Assembly: GCA_044343545.1 (NCBI GenBank)
Contig: JAWBZR010000003.1
Span: forward strand, 10,320-74,319
Reading direction: 5' to 3'
DNA from: Candidatus Aenigmatarchaeota archaeon
GTDB lineage: Archaea; Aenigmatarchaeota; Aenigmatarchaeia; CG10238-14
Length of the DNA: 64,000 nt
The notes under the pieces are model-generated. The model was not told the origin of the DNA. It ran no database searches and worked only from the letters and a program-made list of their open reading frames with translations. Below, one piece after another: positions 28,676 through 38,745 of this stretch (the stretch's first letter is position 1; each line of letters opens with the position of its first letter). Made by a program: the position numbers and the translations under genes.

Positions 28676-29347
28676 CTAAATAGGAACTCCTCTTGAACAA
28701 CGATAACAATCAAAATTGTTTCCACATGGTTCTCGTACACAAATACCAAACCCACAGCTTTTAGAACATTCACCTAATGTTTGAAGACCACAAAAGCTAC
28801 AAGGTACTATAGTTGGAGGTGTCGGTGTTGTAGATGTGATTATAGTAGGTCTAGTGGTTGTTGGTTGAGTTGTTGTGGGTAGGGTGGTTGTTGGTTGAGT
28901 TGTTGTGGGTAGGGTGGTTGTTGGTTGAGTTGTTGTGGGTAGGGTGGTTGTCGGAAGTGTAGTAACTGTATAAGCAACATAAGGAGAATAGTAAAACGTG
29001 AGTGTTTGAGAATAACCTTTGTTAAAAACCATTAATTTATGCATACCTTCACTTAAACTCCAACTTGCTATAACTCTACCAACATTGTTTGGTTGAATAC
29101 TTCCACCATCAATACTAAAACTTACTTGTGTGCCGTCTACAACAATCTTTAAATTATTCGCTAAAATAGGTTCGGTTCCCAAGTTAGAAATAACTATTAT
29201 ATTTCCAGATACTTCCAATATTTGAAATGCATTTTGTGTTTGCCTTTGTGCTATGTTGTTGATAAAAAAATATGCGCTCCCAGCTAAACCTATGGTTATA
29301 ACTACGAGTAAAAGTGTGGCTATGACGCTTGAAATACCTTTTTTCAT
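28676..29347 (-). CDS. archaeal type IV pilin-like protein (class III signal peptide) with Thr/Pro repeats and Cys-rich C-terminal domain
   Basis: MKKGISSVIATLLLVVITIGLAG fits the KG|IS FlaFind-type cleavage motif plus hydrophobic stretch (DUF361-like). (TTLPTTTQPTTT)n. C-terminus CSFCGLQTLGECSKSCGFGICVREPCGNNFDCYRCS. Confidence 0.6.
   Translation of the reverse strand: MKKGISSVIATLLLVVITIGLAGSAYFFINNIAQRQTQNAFQILEVSGNIIVISNLGTEPILANNLKIVVDGTQVSFSIDGGSIQPNNVGRVIASWSLSEGMHKLMVFNKGYSQTLTFYYSPYVAYTVTTLPTTTLPTTTQPTTTLPTTTQPTTTLPTTTQPTTTRPTIITSTTPTPPTIVPCSFCGLQTLGECSKSCGFGICVREPCGNNFDCYRCSRGVPI
28854..28947. repeat. tandem repeat, 30-nt period, 3 copies (TTLPTTTQPT linker)
   Basis: Unit gtggttgttggttgagttgttgtgggtagg begins at 28854, 28884 and 28914. 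Confidence 0.75.
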
Positions 29348-29471
29348 GGTTATTTAATTTTTAATATTATCTTAGTAATATTTAAAAACAACACACAAAA
29401 AATAATGCAACTTTATGGTGATAATTATTTAAAATTAATGTTTAAATATTTGTCAGAAATTAAGTGATTTT

Positions 29472-30557
29472 ATGGCCATAAAAACAGATTCGAAACAAAG
29501 TAGAACCAAAAAAATAGACGAAGAGTTGAAACAGCTTCTTGAGTCAAAATTCAACAAAATAAAAATAATAGGTTGCGGCGGGGCAGGAAATAATACGATC
29601 ACTCGACTTATGGATGCTGGAATAGATGGTGCGGAAACTATCGCTATAAATACTGATGCGCAAGATTTAATTTACTCTGAAGCTCACACAAAAATATTGA
29701 TAGGGAAGACTCTCACTAAGGGTTTGGGTGCTGGTGGGGATCCTCAAGTAGGAATGGAAGCAGCTAAAGAAAGCAAAGAAGAAATAAAAAAAGCTATAGA
29801 AGGAAGTGATATGATTTTCATTACTTGTGGCTTGGGTGGAGGAACCGGTACTGGTTCGGCACCAATAGTAGCTGAGATTGCAAAATCGATGAATATATTG
29901 ACTGTTGCCGTGGTTACTTTACCCTTTAGCATGGAAGGTCAAGTGAGAATGAGAAATGCATTGCAAGGATTAAAACAATTGAGAAATAATGTGGACACGA
30001 TTGTTATCATACCTAATGACAAGCTATTAGATGTTTTGCCAGATGTTTCCCTACATAAAGCTTTTAGGGCGTTGGATGAAATATTGGTAAATGCTGTTAA
30101 AGGTTCTGTTGAGCTCATAACCACACCCGGATTGGTAAACTTGGATTTCGCTGATGTAAAAGCTGTTATGAAAGAAGGGGGATTAGCGATGATTGGCTTA
30201 GGCGAAAGCAACTCGGAATCGAGAGCAATAGAAGCGATAAGCAAAGCAGTCAATTCACCTTTTTTGCCTGTTGATATAGAGGGTGCTAGTGGAGCGCTGA
30301 TAAGCATAACTGGCGGATCTAATATGACTTTGGGTGAAGCAAACGAAATGGTAAAGTTTATTGCTGAAAAATTGGATGAAGATGCTAAGATAATTTGGGG
30401 TGCGAAAATTGATGATTCTTTGAAAGATAAAATAAGAGCGATGGTTATAGTTACTGGAGTAAAAGAAAAAGAAGTTTATGGTCAAGTCAACATGATTCAA
30501 ACTTTGAAAAAGAGTAATAGACTTGAAGAAATTTTGGGAATAAAGTTTGTAGGGTAA
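29472..30557 (+). CDS. ftsZ: cell division GTPase FtsZ
   Basis: GCGGAGNN (T1) and tubulin signature [11 protein letters not shown]7 loop region NLDFADV. Confidence 0.9.
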   Translation: MAIKTDSKQSRTKKIDEELKQLLESKFNKIKIIGCGGAGNNTITRLMDAGIDGAETIAINTDAQDLIYSEAHTKILIGKTLTKGLGAGGDPQVGMEAAKESKEEIKKAIEGSDMIFITCGLGGGTGTGSAPIVAEIAKSMNILTVAVVTLPFSMEGQVRMRNALQGLKQLRNNVDTIVIIPNDKLLDVLPDVSLHKAFRALDEILVNAVKGSVELITTPGLVNLDFADVKAVMKEGGLAMIGLGESNSESRAIEAISKAVNSPFLPVDIEGASGALISITGGSNMTLGEANEMVKFIAEKLDEDAKIIWGAKIDDSLKDKIRAMVIVTGVKEKEVYGQVNMIQTLKKSNRLEEILGIKFVG

Positions 30558-31116
30558 AATTATGACAGAATTAGATTTTGACAAGTTAGAGGCATTTTTA
30601 ATAGCTACTACACGTAGATTTTTAGATTATTTAGAAGAAGATCCTTCAATTAAAAGAATTAGTACACCCTACAGATCACAGAAGAAAAAAAGAGAAGGAG
30701 AGAAATTGCAAGAGAAAATTTAGAAAAATTTTTAAACTCTCCTCACGAAGAGCTTAATAGAATAAAACATTCAAATTTAGGTGTTAATATATTGTATCCA
30801 TCACCAAATATAAAAAGAAGTCCCTCTTCATCTTCTAAGCTTAGGGATGGGAATGGTGGCTACAGCTATCTCCGGAAATCCTTTATATCTGCTTTCCCCT
30901 TTACCGTTTTTATTAATGAGTTATTTTTTTCCCCTACTCTCGTAGTGTACCTGAAGGTTATGAGATAGATGATGATATGGGCAATCATAAAATTCCATCA
31001 GGTATGAGATTGGTGTTTGGAAGGGAAAAACCTTGGTTAACAGGTTATCTCACCCAAATGGCTTTAAACCATTATCTAACTCGTGAAAATCCATACTATG
31101 AAATTCTTACACGCCT

Positions 31117-33438
31117 TTAAATATTTTTAAATCTAGAATGTCTCCAACCTTTACCTACTATATAGCCACTTTTTTTCAGTCGTGGATAATAAAACCATAA
31201 TAATATTGCTAAAAATATCAAGGCCAATGCTATGGCCGTCCATTTGAAAAATGTAGCTACTGTTAAACCTGTAATTTCTCTCTTTTCTTGCAGTGTTGTC
31301 GTAGTAGAAACAGGTGTTGTTGTTATACTCTCCTTGACTTGCAAATACATCGTTTTGGCATAAGTTCTCGTGCCATATTCAGATTTTGAAGGAAATCTAA
31401 AGAAAATTTTGTAAGTGTAAATCTTTGCATTTTCAGGTATATGAATTTGCATCCTCATAATCTTTTCTTGTTTTGGCTGCAAAACATCGATTTCCTTTGG
31501 CTCGAACGCATACCATCTAACATCGAAGCCTTCACTATCAACTAAAGGATAGATATCATAAATTGGATAATCTAATGGATTGTAGAATTTTATTTCGATT
31601 GAAACTTTTTCGCCTTGTAAGAGCTCCACTTTGCTTGGCAGAGTGATGTTAATATCACCTTGCTCTCTAAAAATTAATGTGGTTGTCGTTCCTTCGCCAA
31701 CCCTCCCTCTCGAATATTCGTAAGCTAGCTCGTAAGAAATCACATACGATTTCGATAACTGATTATTATTTTCATTCCTTTCAAACACACTATTTTGTTG
31801 ATCGACTATTGCTTTGATTTCATGATGTCCTTTGGGTAAATTTTGAATCTCTAAATTTACTACATATTGCTGGTTTGCATCGAGAGATGGAATGTTTTTA
31901 CTCTCAAGCAGCGTTGAATCAAACAAAACAACAAGATTAAAGTTTCTTGCAATGCCACTTCCTATGTTTTTGGCCGTGATCCTTACGTTTAGTTTTCCTC
32001 CTTCAGTTGGCTCATCCAAAAAATTTATTGATTCTATTGTTAAATCTGGCAAACCTATCAAAAAACCTCTATCATATATATAATCATAATTACCATCTGC
32101 GTCTATGTCTATAGCATACACCCCATATTCTTTCATAAACACATTAGTTATCATTCCTCTACTAGGATCCCAATATTTTTCATAAATTCCATCCTTACCC
32201 AAATCTACCAAAAATTGTCTTGAATTATCGCCATACACGTTTATTGGCAACAAATTATAATCTCCGATGAATGGTTGTGTGGGGAGGATGTACTCGTTAT
32301 TTAATAACCAATTTACGGAATTCTTGAACATCAACTCAACATCGTCTGTCCAATAGATCGGCTCCGCTATGCCAAAAAAAACTATCCTTGCTGAAGTGAT
32401 ATTATTATTTAACAACAAAGTTCCTGGCTCTGCGTAAGCTATAACAGCATAGTTGCTTGAGCTGGTTAAAGAAGCTGCGACAGATAAAGGTGAGCGAAAC
32501 AGCTCCACGTTTAAAACTGGTTGATTGTTAATTATATGCGCTCTTACCCTTGCATTTAATTGATAACCGTGAAGCATTGTTGAATTATCCACTATAGTTA
32601 TGTAAGTGGGGTTGCTCGAAAAAACACTACCAATAGCTCCTGGATGGACCCAACCAAAATCATCTGGATACACAGAATCTATGACCAAAGTGGGTTTACT
32701 ATTAACAGGCAAAGAAGCGACAAAACTGTCCAGATGCTCGCTTGCATACACATTCGAAGGTCTTCCTGCTATTATTATTGCTGAAAAAGAATTAAAGTCA
32801 TAATTTTTATAATTAGAGTTGTCTATTAGCATTACATCATGATGCATGTCTTTCAATATTCTATGAATTCTGTATTCGTGCACATAATCTAAATCGGTTG
32901 AGTTTTTCACTATTAAAGCAATGTTTGCTGCTTGAGTTAGAGGTAAAAACATCAAAAGAAGCATCAAAATCTTACCTTTTTTTGTACGCATAAACATCAA
33001 GATGGCTAAAAGGATCAAGGGCAATAAAAGAAAGTAGTAAGGTGGATTGCTTGATTTTTTTTCACCTGAAGCTATTATTATTATTTCTGACTGCAAGGCA
33101 ACCGGAATTTCACCTTCTTTTGTGTAGGTGACTACCACGCCTCCCTCGTATATTCCAGGTTTATCAACAATTAAAGTAAAGTTTTCTTGTCTCAATTCTC
33201 CCGGTTTTAATTCAATCTTTTTCGAAATGCGAATTTTGTCTGTAATATTTCCTATGGGAGTAAAGCTCACGTTGACGGTTTCGTTGTTATTATTTTTCAC
33301 TTCTATGAAACCATGCCAACTGTTGGTTTGCGTTAAATTTATTCTTGCAATCATCCTTGGCGGTCTTACATAAACTTCTAAAGCGTAAACAAAAGATATG
33401 CTTAAAAGTAGTAATAGGAGGATTAATTTCCATCTCAT
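31117..33438 (-). CDS. large secreted/surface protein, apparently two signal-peptide-bearing modules fused in frame
   Basis: Start moved to MRWKLILLLLLLSISFVYA (signal peptide). Residues ~135-160 of this CDS (165-190 of the track ORF) look like a C-terminal TM + basic tail (YYFLLLPLILLAILMFMRTKKGK). A second signal-peptide-like segment ILMLLLMFLPLTQA follows. C-terminus is Thr-rich + TM (FFKWTAIALALIFLAILLWFYY) + basic tail. Confidence 0.5.
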   Translation of the reverse strand: MRWKLILLLLLLSISFVYALEVYVRPPRMIARINLTQTNSWHGFIEVKNNNNETVNVSFTPIGNITDKIRISKKIELKPGELRQENFTLIVDKPGIYEGGVVVTYTKEGEIPVALQSEIIIIASGEKKSSNPPYYFLLLPLILLAILMFMRTKKGKILMLLLMFLPLTQAANIALIVKNSTDLDYVHEYRIHRILKDMHHDVMLIDNSNYKNYDFNSFSAIIIAGRPSNVYASEHLDSFVASLPVNSKPTLVIDSVYPDDFGWVHPGAIGSVFSSNPTYITIVDNSTMLHGYQLNARVRAHIINNQPVLNVELFRSPLSVAASLTSSSNYAVIAYAEPGTLLLNNNITSARIVFFGIAEPIYWTDDVELMFKNSVNWLLNNEYILPTQPFIGDYNLLPINVYGDNSRQFLVDLGKDGIYEKYWDPSRGMITNVFMKEYGVYAIDIDADGNYDYIYDRGFLIGLPDLTIESINFLDEPTEGGKLNVRITAKNIGSGIARNFNLVVLFDSTLLESKNIPSLDANQQYVVNLEIQNLPKGHHEIKAIVDQQNSVFERNENNNQLSKSYVISYELAYEYSRGRVGEGTTTTLIFREQGDINITLPSKVELLQGEKVSIEIKFYNPLDYPIYDIYPLVDSEGFDVRWYAFEPKEIDVLQPKQEKIMRMQIHIPENAKIYTYKIFFRFPSKSEYGTRTYAKTMYLQVKESITTTPVSTTTTLQEKREITGLTVATFFKWTAIALALIFLAILLWFYYPRLKKSGYIVGKGWRHSRFKNI

Positions 33439-33540
33439 ATTCTTCACAACTGATGTATAGTAAAAAATTAAAGTATTTAAAATTTGATTTAACGCTATTC
33501 GATAGAAAAATTTTTTCATTAACATTTGCATATTTCATAC

Positions 33541-34002
33541 ATGGACGTGTTTTTAAGATTGTTAGATGTCTTGCTGGAAGCAAAAGTAGAATTTACTATA
33601 ATGTCTCATGAACCTGTAACTACTTCAGAAGAAGCTGCAAAAGTGAGAGGAACTACTCTTGAAAGTGGTGCTAAAGCAATAATAGCAAAGACAGACAGAT
33701 TTTTTATGCTTGTCTTGCCTTCCAACTTGAAAGTGGATTCAAAGAAAATTAAAAAGATTTTTGAAACCAAGAATTTTAGATTTGCCACGGAAGAAGAATT
33801 ATATAAGCTGACATCATGCAAAAAAGGCGCTGTTCCTCCGTTTGGTTTTCTTTTTGGTTTGGACACTATTGTTGATGAAGAATTGTTGAAACAAAAGGAA
33901 ATAAATTTTAATGCTGGAAGAAATGACAAATCAATTAACATGAAACTAGAAGATTATCTGAAAATTGTAAAACCAAAAATAGAAAAATTCAGCCAAGATT
34001 AA
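33541..34002 (+). CDS. YbaK/ProX-family aminoacyl-tRNA deacylase
   Basis: Conserved ESGAKAIIAK ... CKKGAVPPFGF (GxVxPFG hallmark of YbaK/ProX). Start moved to internal ATG MDVFL. Confidence 0.7.
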   Translation: MDVFLRLLDVLLEAKVEFTIMSHEPVTTSEEAAKVRGTTLESGAKAIIAKTDRFFMLVLPSNLKVDSKKIKKIFETKNFRFATEEELYKLTSCKKGAVPPFGFLFGLDTIVDEELLKQKEINFNAGRNDKSINMKLEDYLKIVKPKIEKFSQD

Positions 34003-35465
34003 CGTTTTTTATTGCTCATTGCCCTTTCTCTTATTTCCTTTATGACTTTCTTTCTTATTTTTTCGTCTATGTCTCTTTTCGGCTTCACAGGCAGCTCGAC
34101 TTGCTTTTCATCTTCTGGTTCTTTAATTTTTATCTCGACGAAATCTTCCGCATAATCTTTTTCTTCTTCAGGAAATGCGTATACCGAGCCTTTTGATTTT
34201 TTCTTTTCGCTTATTAGAGGTAAAGCTGCAAGTGATACTAGCAACACTATAGGTATCGCAGCAAGATACCAATAATTGCTTGCAAGTTGCCCTGCTCTTG
34301 CAAAGAATCCTGTAGATTCTTGTTTTTGTTGAATAGTTGTAGTTGTTGTTGCTAAAGTTGTTATGACTTTTTCTGTTACAGCCAAAGTCATTGATTTTTC
34401 ATAATTCACTCCAGTTTTTGCAACTAGCTTGAATACATATGATTCTGGTTTAGTGTTTTCTGGAACTTTAATAGTAACTGTAAGGTTTACAGTTTCGCCT
34501 TTTCTTATTGTTTGCACGGATGATGGTGTTATGGTAAACCAATTTACATCCAATCCGGCAACTTGAAAATCGACATTATTCAAATCTTTAGCTGCATAAA
34601 AACTTCCCTTGATGGTTTTTTCTCCTCCTGTTTGGACTTGAATGAACGATGGAAAATCATAAAAACCTGTAGACTTTCCTGAGCTACTGCTACTGCTACT
34701 AGACCATCCACTGCCACTACTGCTACTGCTCGAACCTGAAGTACCGCTTGAAGGTGTATTTTGAATAATTTCCACGGTTGTTGTAGTTGTTGTTAACACT
34801 AAGGTTGTTGTAGTTGTAGTTGCTACAGTCCTGCAATAACCTGTAGTTGGTGAACCAACCCATTCACAACCAGGTATTAAATTACATGTGGCAAAACTCC
34901 TTCCATTACAATTGGAAGTTTGCTGGAGAGTTGTGGTGGTTGTTAATTGAGTTGTTGTAGGAGATGTTGAAACATATGTAGTTGAAGTAGTTGTCGTAGG
35001 AGATGAAGACGAGCCCGTACAGTAGCCTGATATGCCTATGGATATCCAAATACAACCGGCTGCTCTACAGGCTGAAGAAGTTGTATAACTTGAGCAATCT
35101 CCTCCCTGCTGAAGAGTGGTGGTAGTGGTTGTGCTATAAGATCCTGAAGTTGCATAAACATAACATTGCAAGCTTGCAGAAATATTTGTTACAGCATCTG
35201 CATAGGTGACAAGCACTTGCGCCGCCATATTTGATGGCGCTCTAAATTCTACAAGTTGAGACGCACCGGGAGCTAATTGAAAATTATTTGGAGAAGCTGA
35301 AATAGGCGTTCCTAAAGTGTTTATAAAAACTCTTACTGGCACGAAATCTCTGTTGTAAAACCTGTAGTTGCCGGGAGATTCTGGAGTACCGCAAGATACA
35401 GTAACTGCTAAAACTGGATGTAGCATTGCCAAAATCACGAAAATTAATGAAAAATACTTTTTCAT
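33999..35465 (-). CDS. Thr-rich surface protein with 'AVTVSCG' N-domain, two 4-Cys modules and C-terminal TM (family B, copy 0)
   Basis: Signal MKKYFSLIFVILAMLHPVLA|VTVSCGTPESP. Modules DCSSYTTSSACRAAGCIWISIGISGYC and CNGRSFATCNLIPGCEWVGSPTTGYC. Poly-Thr/Ser linkers. TM AAIPIVLLVSLAALPLI + KKKSKG tail. Confidence 0.55.
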   Translation of the reverse strand: MKKYFSLIFVILAMLHPVLAVTVSCGTPESPGNYRFYNRDFVPVRVFINTLGTPISASPNNFQLAPGASQLVEFRAPSNMAAQVLVTYADAVTNISASLQCYVYATSGSYSTTTTTTLQQGGDCSSYTTSSACRAAGCIWISIGISGYCTGSSSSPTTTTSTTYVSTSPTTTQLTTTTTLQQTSNCNGRSFATCNLIPGCEWVGSPTTGYCRTVATTTTTTLVLTTTTTTVEIIQNTPSSGTSGSSSSSSGSGWSSSSSSSSGKSTGFYDFPSFIQVQTGGEKTIKGSFYAAKDLNNVDFQVAGLDVNWFTITPSSVQTIRKGETVNLTVTIKVPENTKPESYVFKLVAKTGVNYEKSMTLAVTEKVITTLATTTTTIQQKQESTGFFARAGQLASNYWYLAAIPIVLLVSLAALPLISEKKKSKGSVYAFPEEEKDYAEDFVEIKIKEPEDEKQVELPVKPKRDIDEKIRKKVIKEIRERAMSNKKR

Positions 35466-35541
35466 TTTCTCACCACTGATTTATCACTTTAAAGAAATAA
35501 GGATTTATATTTTATTTGAAAATTTTATAGAAATTTTTTTT

Positions 35542-35994
35542 CTATTTTAACCAACAATACCAATCTGCCTGCTTAAAGTCTTTCGGCCTATCGAACCCTT
35601 TTATGTAAGGTTTTATATCTATGACAGGTGTTTTGTCTATTGCATCCAGACCTTTAACATACAATACATTTTTTTGCACTTTTTGCAGCCTTACCAATCT
35701 TAGCCCAATCTTATTTGGCCTATATTGACTTCTTGAAGCAAATACACCTACTTTTGGTAGCTCTTTTACTGTTATTGGTCCGGGATATGTTTCTATTTCT
35801 ATTTTTTTGGCTTTGTGAAGATAATATATTACAAATATATGAGAAAATTTTTCTATACCTTTCAGGCCCGATTCATATTTTTTGTTAATCACTATCTTTG
35901 ATATGGTTTTTGTTGCCAACCCTTTTTCGCAAGCTTCCCATGCTTGCTGAGGTGTTTTATAGCTTGAAGAAACGTAACCTATTGGAGTTTTCAT
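35542..35994 (-). CDS. trmO: TsaA/YaeB-family tRNA (m6t6A37) methyltransferase TrmO-like protein
   Basis: N-terminal MKTPIGYVSSSYKTPQQA. RPNKIGLRLVRL and GLDAIDKTPVIDIKPY match the TrmO/UPF0066 signature (RPNPIGLS..; DGTPVLDIKPY). Confidence 0.7.
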   Translation of the reverse strand: MKTPIGYVSSSYKTPQQAWEACEKGLATKTISKIVINKKYESGLKGIEKFSHIFVIYYLHKAKKIEIETYPGPITVKELPKVGVFASRSQYRPNKIGLRLVRLQKVQKNVLYVKGLDAIDKTPVIDIKPYIKGFDRPKDFKQADWYCWLK

Positions 35995-36061
35995 AAAAAC
36001 AATATTTTAGTAAAAAATAAAAAAATAAAAAGGCCAAGAGAGTTACAAAGTTCTAGCAACT

Positions 36062-37108
36062 TTAGATTGCTTTACCAAATACCATTATTTGGCCCTGTGT
36101 GAAGGTACCAATGCATGGCATTGGATACGTTAACTTGAATTCTACTTCTGCCAATCCACCGTTTGTTAATATGTTATCTGCTGGTGATGGTGATAATCCA
36201 TTGCCTCTGAATGTCAATGGACTACCTCCATAGCATGTGTTTTCAGTCCAGCTAATTACACATTGTGCGTTTTGATTGTATTCTGTCATTTGTCTCCAGC
36301 CATCTTCTCCTTGCCATTGAGAGCCAGACCAACCTCTGTATTTCATGTATGTCTCAACATCTATCTTGTTTGTATCTGGACATTTTGATGCACCGTTCGG
36401 ATCATACAAATCTGTAGCGGCTATATACATCCACATGTTAACGCCGCCTTCTGCTGTGTTTCTTACTTGTAGTCTATTCAAAGAGTGCACTGTTCTTTCT
36501 TCTGGTGTATCAGCTCCATATGGTAGAGGTTCAAATCTTATTGGTTGTCCGTCATTTGTGGACACAGATAGAGACAATACTGGATTGAAATACCATGTCT
36601 CTACGTGTGTTCCGTCTGTTGGCACATTAGCAGAGTTGTAGGCTGTTAGCTTGACTTCGGTATAGCCATACCATTGTGGCTCTACCGTTATCAAGCATTC
36701 AAATGCTTTATCTGTTTCAAGATTTACCTCGCCCATGCCGTTGCATGTCATGTTTTTTGGCAAGCTAACTGGGTTGCACACTACTTCTGGGTTACCTCCA
36801 ACTCTTGCCTTTAGCCAACCAATATCCAATGCACCATTAGGATCCCTTACTATGGCAAAAAGTTGAATTTGCTCGCCTGTAAAGGCATAAGAGCTTACTC
36901 TGTAGTCAAATGGGTTTATGCTTGCACCGGATCCTAAAGATGCATTTGCTCCTATTGTTATATTTCTGTCATATACGCAGATTCTTGGTGTTTGGTCGCC
37001 AGGGCCTGCGCTTGCTCCCACGCCGCCGACTGCTACATCAGCAGCTACTAGGGAAACTACCATAGTTGCTAGAACCAAAGATACTACCAATGCTGCTAAA
37101 TATTTCAT
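36062..37108 (-). CDS. secreted protein, family A copy 1 (paralog of 39721-40761); visibly higher G+C than surroundings
   Basis: Sec signal MKYLAALVVSLVLATMVVSLVAA. Shares with the 39721 ORF the blocks CNGMGEVNLETDKAFECLITVEPQWY / PIRFEPLPYG / NTAEGGVNMWMYIA / C-terminal YPMPCIGTFTQGQIMVFGKAI. Confidence 0.55.
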   Translation of the reverse strand: MKYLAALVVSLVLATMVVSLVAADVAVGGVGASAGPGDQTPRICVYDRNITIGANASLGSGASINPFDYRVSSYAFTGEQIQLFAIVRDPNGALDIGWLKARVGGNPEVVCNPVSLPKNMTCNGMGEVNLETDKAFECLITVEPQWYGYTEVKLTAYNSANVPTDGTHVETWYFNPVLSLSVSTNDGQPIRFEPLPYGADTPEERTVHSLNRLQVRNTAEGGVNMWMYIAATDLYDPNGASKCPDTNKIDVETYMKYRGWSGSQWQGEDGWRQMTEYNQNAQCVISWTENTCYGGSPLTFRGNGLSPSPADNILTNGGLAEVEFKLTYPMPCIGTFTQGQIMVFGKAI

Positions 37109-37321
37109 CTTTGGTTCACCCCTAATAAGAAATAGATGAGATATTAATTATTTAAACTTAATTCGACATAAAATTTAAGATTTTAGCTTATAAATAATAA
37201 AAAACTCATTTCTTAAACAAATAAGCATTTTTAACACTTTTTATTAAATTTATTTCTATTTTTTTTGAGTTTTTTTATATTATATATGAAAAATCTGTAA
37301 CCACTTTACAGTTGCTATTAA

Positions 37322-37978
37322 TTATTGACATTTCGATACAAACGTGGAAAATATGCAAAATCCTAGTATTGATCTGCCTAGGCACTTTCTCTCACATACA
37401 TTGCTGCAACATTCGCTGTTACTTTGACAAAATTGTCCTTTTATTAAACAAGATTGAATTTGTTGTGTGGTTGTTGTTACAGTCGTTAAAGTTGTTTGTG
37501 CCATATAATCCTTGTTAACACATCTTCCCATTACCATATCGCCTATCCATTTACAGTCATGGCTGGAGACGCATAGAGAAAAAGATCTTTTATTGCAAGA
37601 AGATATCGTGGTTGTAGAAAACTGGGTAGTTTCGGTTGTTGTAAATACAGTTGTTTGAGTTGCAATCTCTTCTGACTCATTTGTTATTTTATAGGCTCTA
37701 AACAAACTTGCACCAAATACAATATCTCCAGGTAAAACCCTAAAACCAAATGAGCTACCAACATCGTTTGCATACTTACATACCCCAGGAGTACAAGTCA
37801 TTACCAAACGAGGTGGTGTTATATTTCTACTCATAGAGTCTACTTCTTCATATAGCTCACATCTTTCAGCATCATTAGGGCAAACAAAGTATGGATGAGA
37901 TGTGTAAGCTGAATATATTTCTGTCTTTTTTGCAAACACTAGTGGTATTAGCAATATTAAAATCAATAATTTTTTCAT
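37322..37978 (-). CDS. Thr-rich secreted protein with 4-Cys module (family B, copy 1)
   Basis: Signal MKKLLILILLIPLVFA. Module SSCNKRSFSLCVSSHDCKWIGDMVMGRC plus a second module CLIKGQFCQSNSECCSNVCERKC. Poly-Thr linkers. Confidence 0.5.
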   Translation of the reverse strand: MKKLLILILLIPLVFAKKTEIYSAYTSHPYFVCPNDAERCELYEEVDSMSRNITPPRLVMTCTPGVCKYANDVGSSFGFRVLPGDIVFGASLFRAYKITNESEEIATQTTVFTTTETTQFSTTTISSCNKRSFSLCVSSHDCKWIGDMVMGRCVNKDYMAQTTLTTVTTTTQQIQSCLIKGQFCQSNSECCSNVCERKCLGRSILGFCIFSTFVSKCQ

Positions 37979-38033
37979 AGTCTTTTATTGGATGATGAGA
38001 TTTTTAATGAGATAAGGAATTAAAATAGAAAAT

Positions 38034-38429
38034 TCAGATATTTTTGTTTACAAATTTTTTTGCTTCTTTTATAAAATACTCTGCCTCCTTGATCAAAAGC
38101 TCTACTTCATCCTTCTCTATTACAACATTTAGATAATAGTCAGCACTTTCTCTTAATTCAAAAGATTTTCTTAATATTTTACCCATTTTTTTATCTGCTT
38201 TTTTTTCTTTAACTATTTTTGAGCCAAACTCGGAAATTAACCCTGCGTGTGTTTTGGCATCATATCCGATTGCATTGAGCATAGCTTTGGCAGCATAAAA
38301 CAAAGAGTAATATATTCTATTTGCAGCATCCTCTATTAAATCTTTGCTTAAGAGCAATTTCGCAGCTGACAGCCTTTTTTCTGCCTTCTCAATTTCTCCT
38401 TTTATTATATCTTTTGTAATTTCATTCAT
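38034..38429 (-). CDS. HEPN-domain protein (toxin component of HEPN/MNT pair)
   Basis: All-helical, 131 aa; AKAMLNAIGYDAKTHAGLISEFG and LRESADYY resemble PF05168 HEPN. Overlaps the upstream MNT gene by 8 nt. Confidence 0.55.
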   Translation of the reverse strand: MNEITKDIIKGEIEKAEKRLSAAKLLLSKDLIEDAANRIYYSLFYAAKAMLNAIGYDAKTHAGLISEFGSKIVKEKKADKKMGKILRKSFELRESADYYLNVVIEKDEVELLIKEAEYFIKEAKKFVNKNI

Positions 38430-38721
38430 TGTAAATCACCCTGCCTTTGATTATTTCAAGCACAAAAGGATCTTTTTTATTTATCTTTTTGTAAAAATCA
38501 TCTTTGGTAAAAAATTTTAGAGAAACAACTTTACCATACTTGAATAATATCTTATCAGCAATTTTTTCAGCCTTTTGCTTAATTTTTTTATTATTAGAAA
38601 TTATTGCTAAATCTATATCCGAATCAAGCCTATAGTTGCCCCTGGCAACAGAACCGAACAATATTATAGTTGCCTTTAATCCTTCAAACTCTTTTATTAT
38701 GTTTTTATGATATTTTAGCAT
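38422..38721 (-). CDS. minimal nucleotidyltransferase (MNT antitoxin component)
   Basis: ILFGSVARGNYRLDSDIDLAII is the GSxxxG..DxD Pol-beta-type NTase motif. Confidence 0.7.
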   Translation of the reverse strand: MLKYHKNIIKEFEGLKATIILFGSVARGNYRLDSDIDLAIISNNKKIKQKAEKIADKILFKYGKVVSLKFFTKDDFYKKINKKDPFVLEIIKGRVIYNE

Positions 38722-38745
38722 AATTATATTTTTTTACTTTAATAA

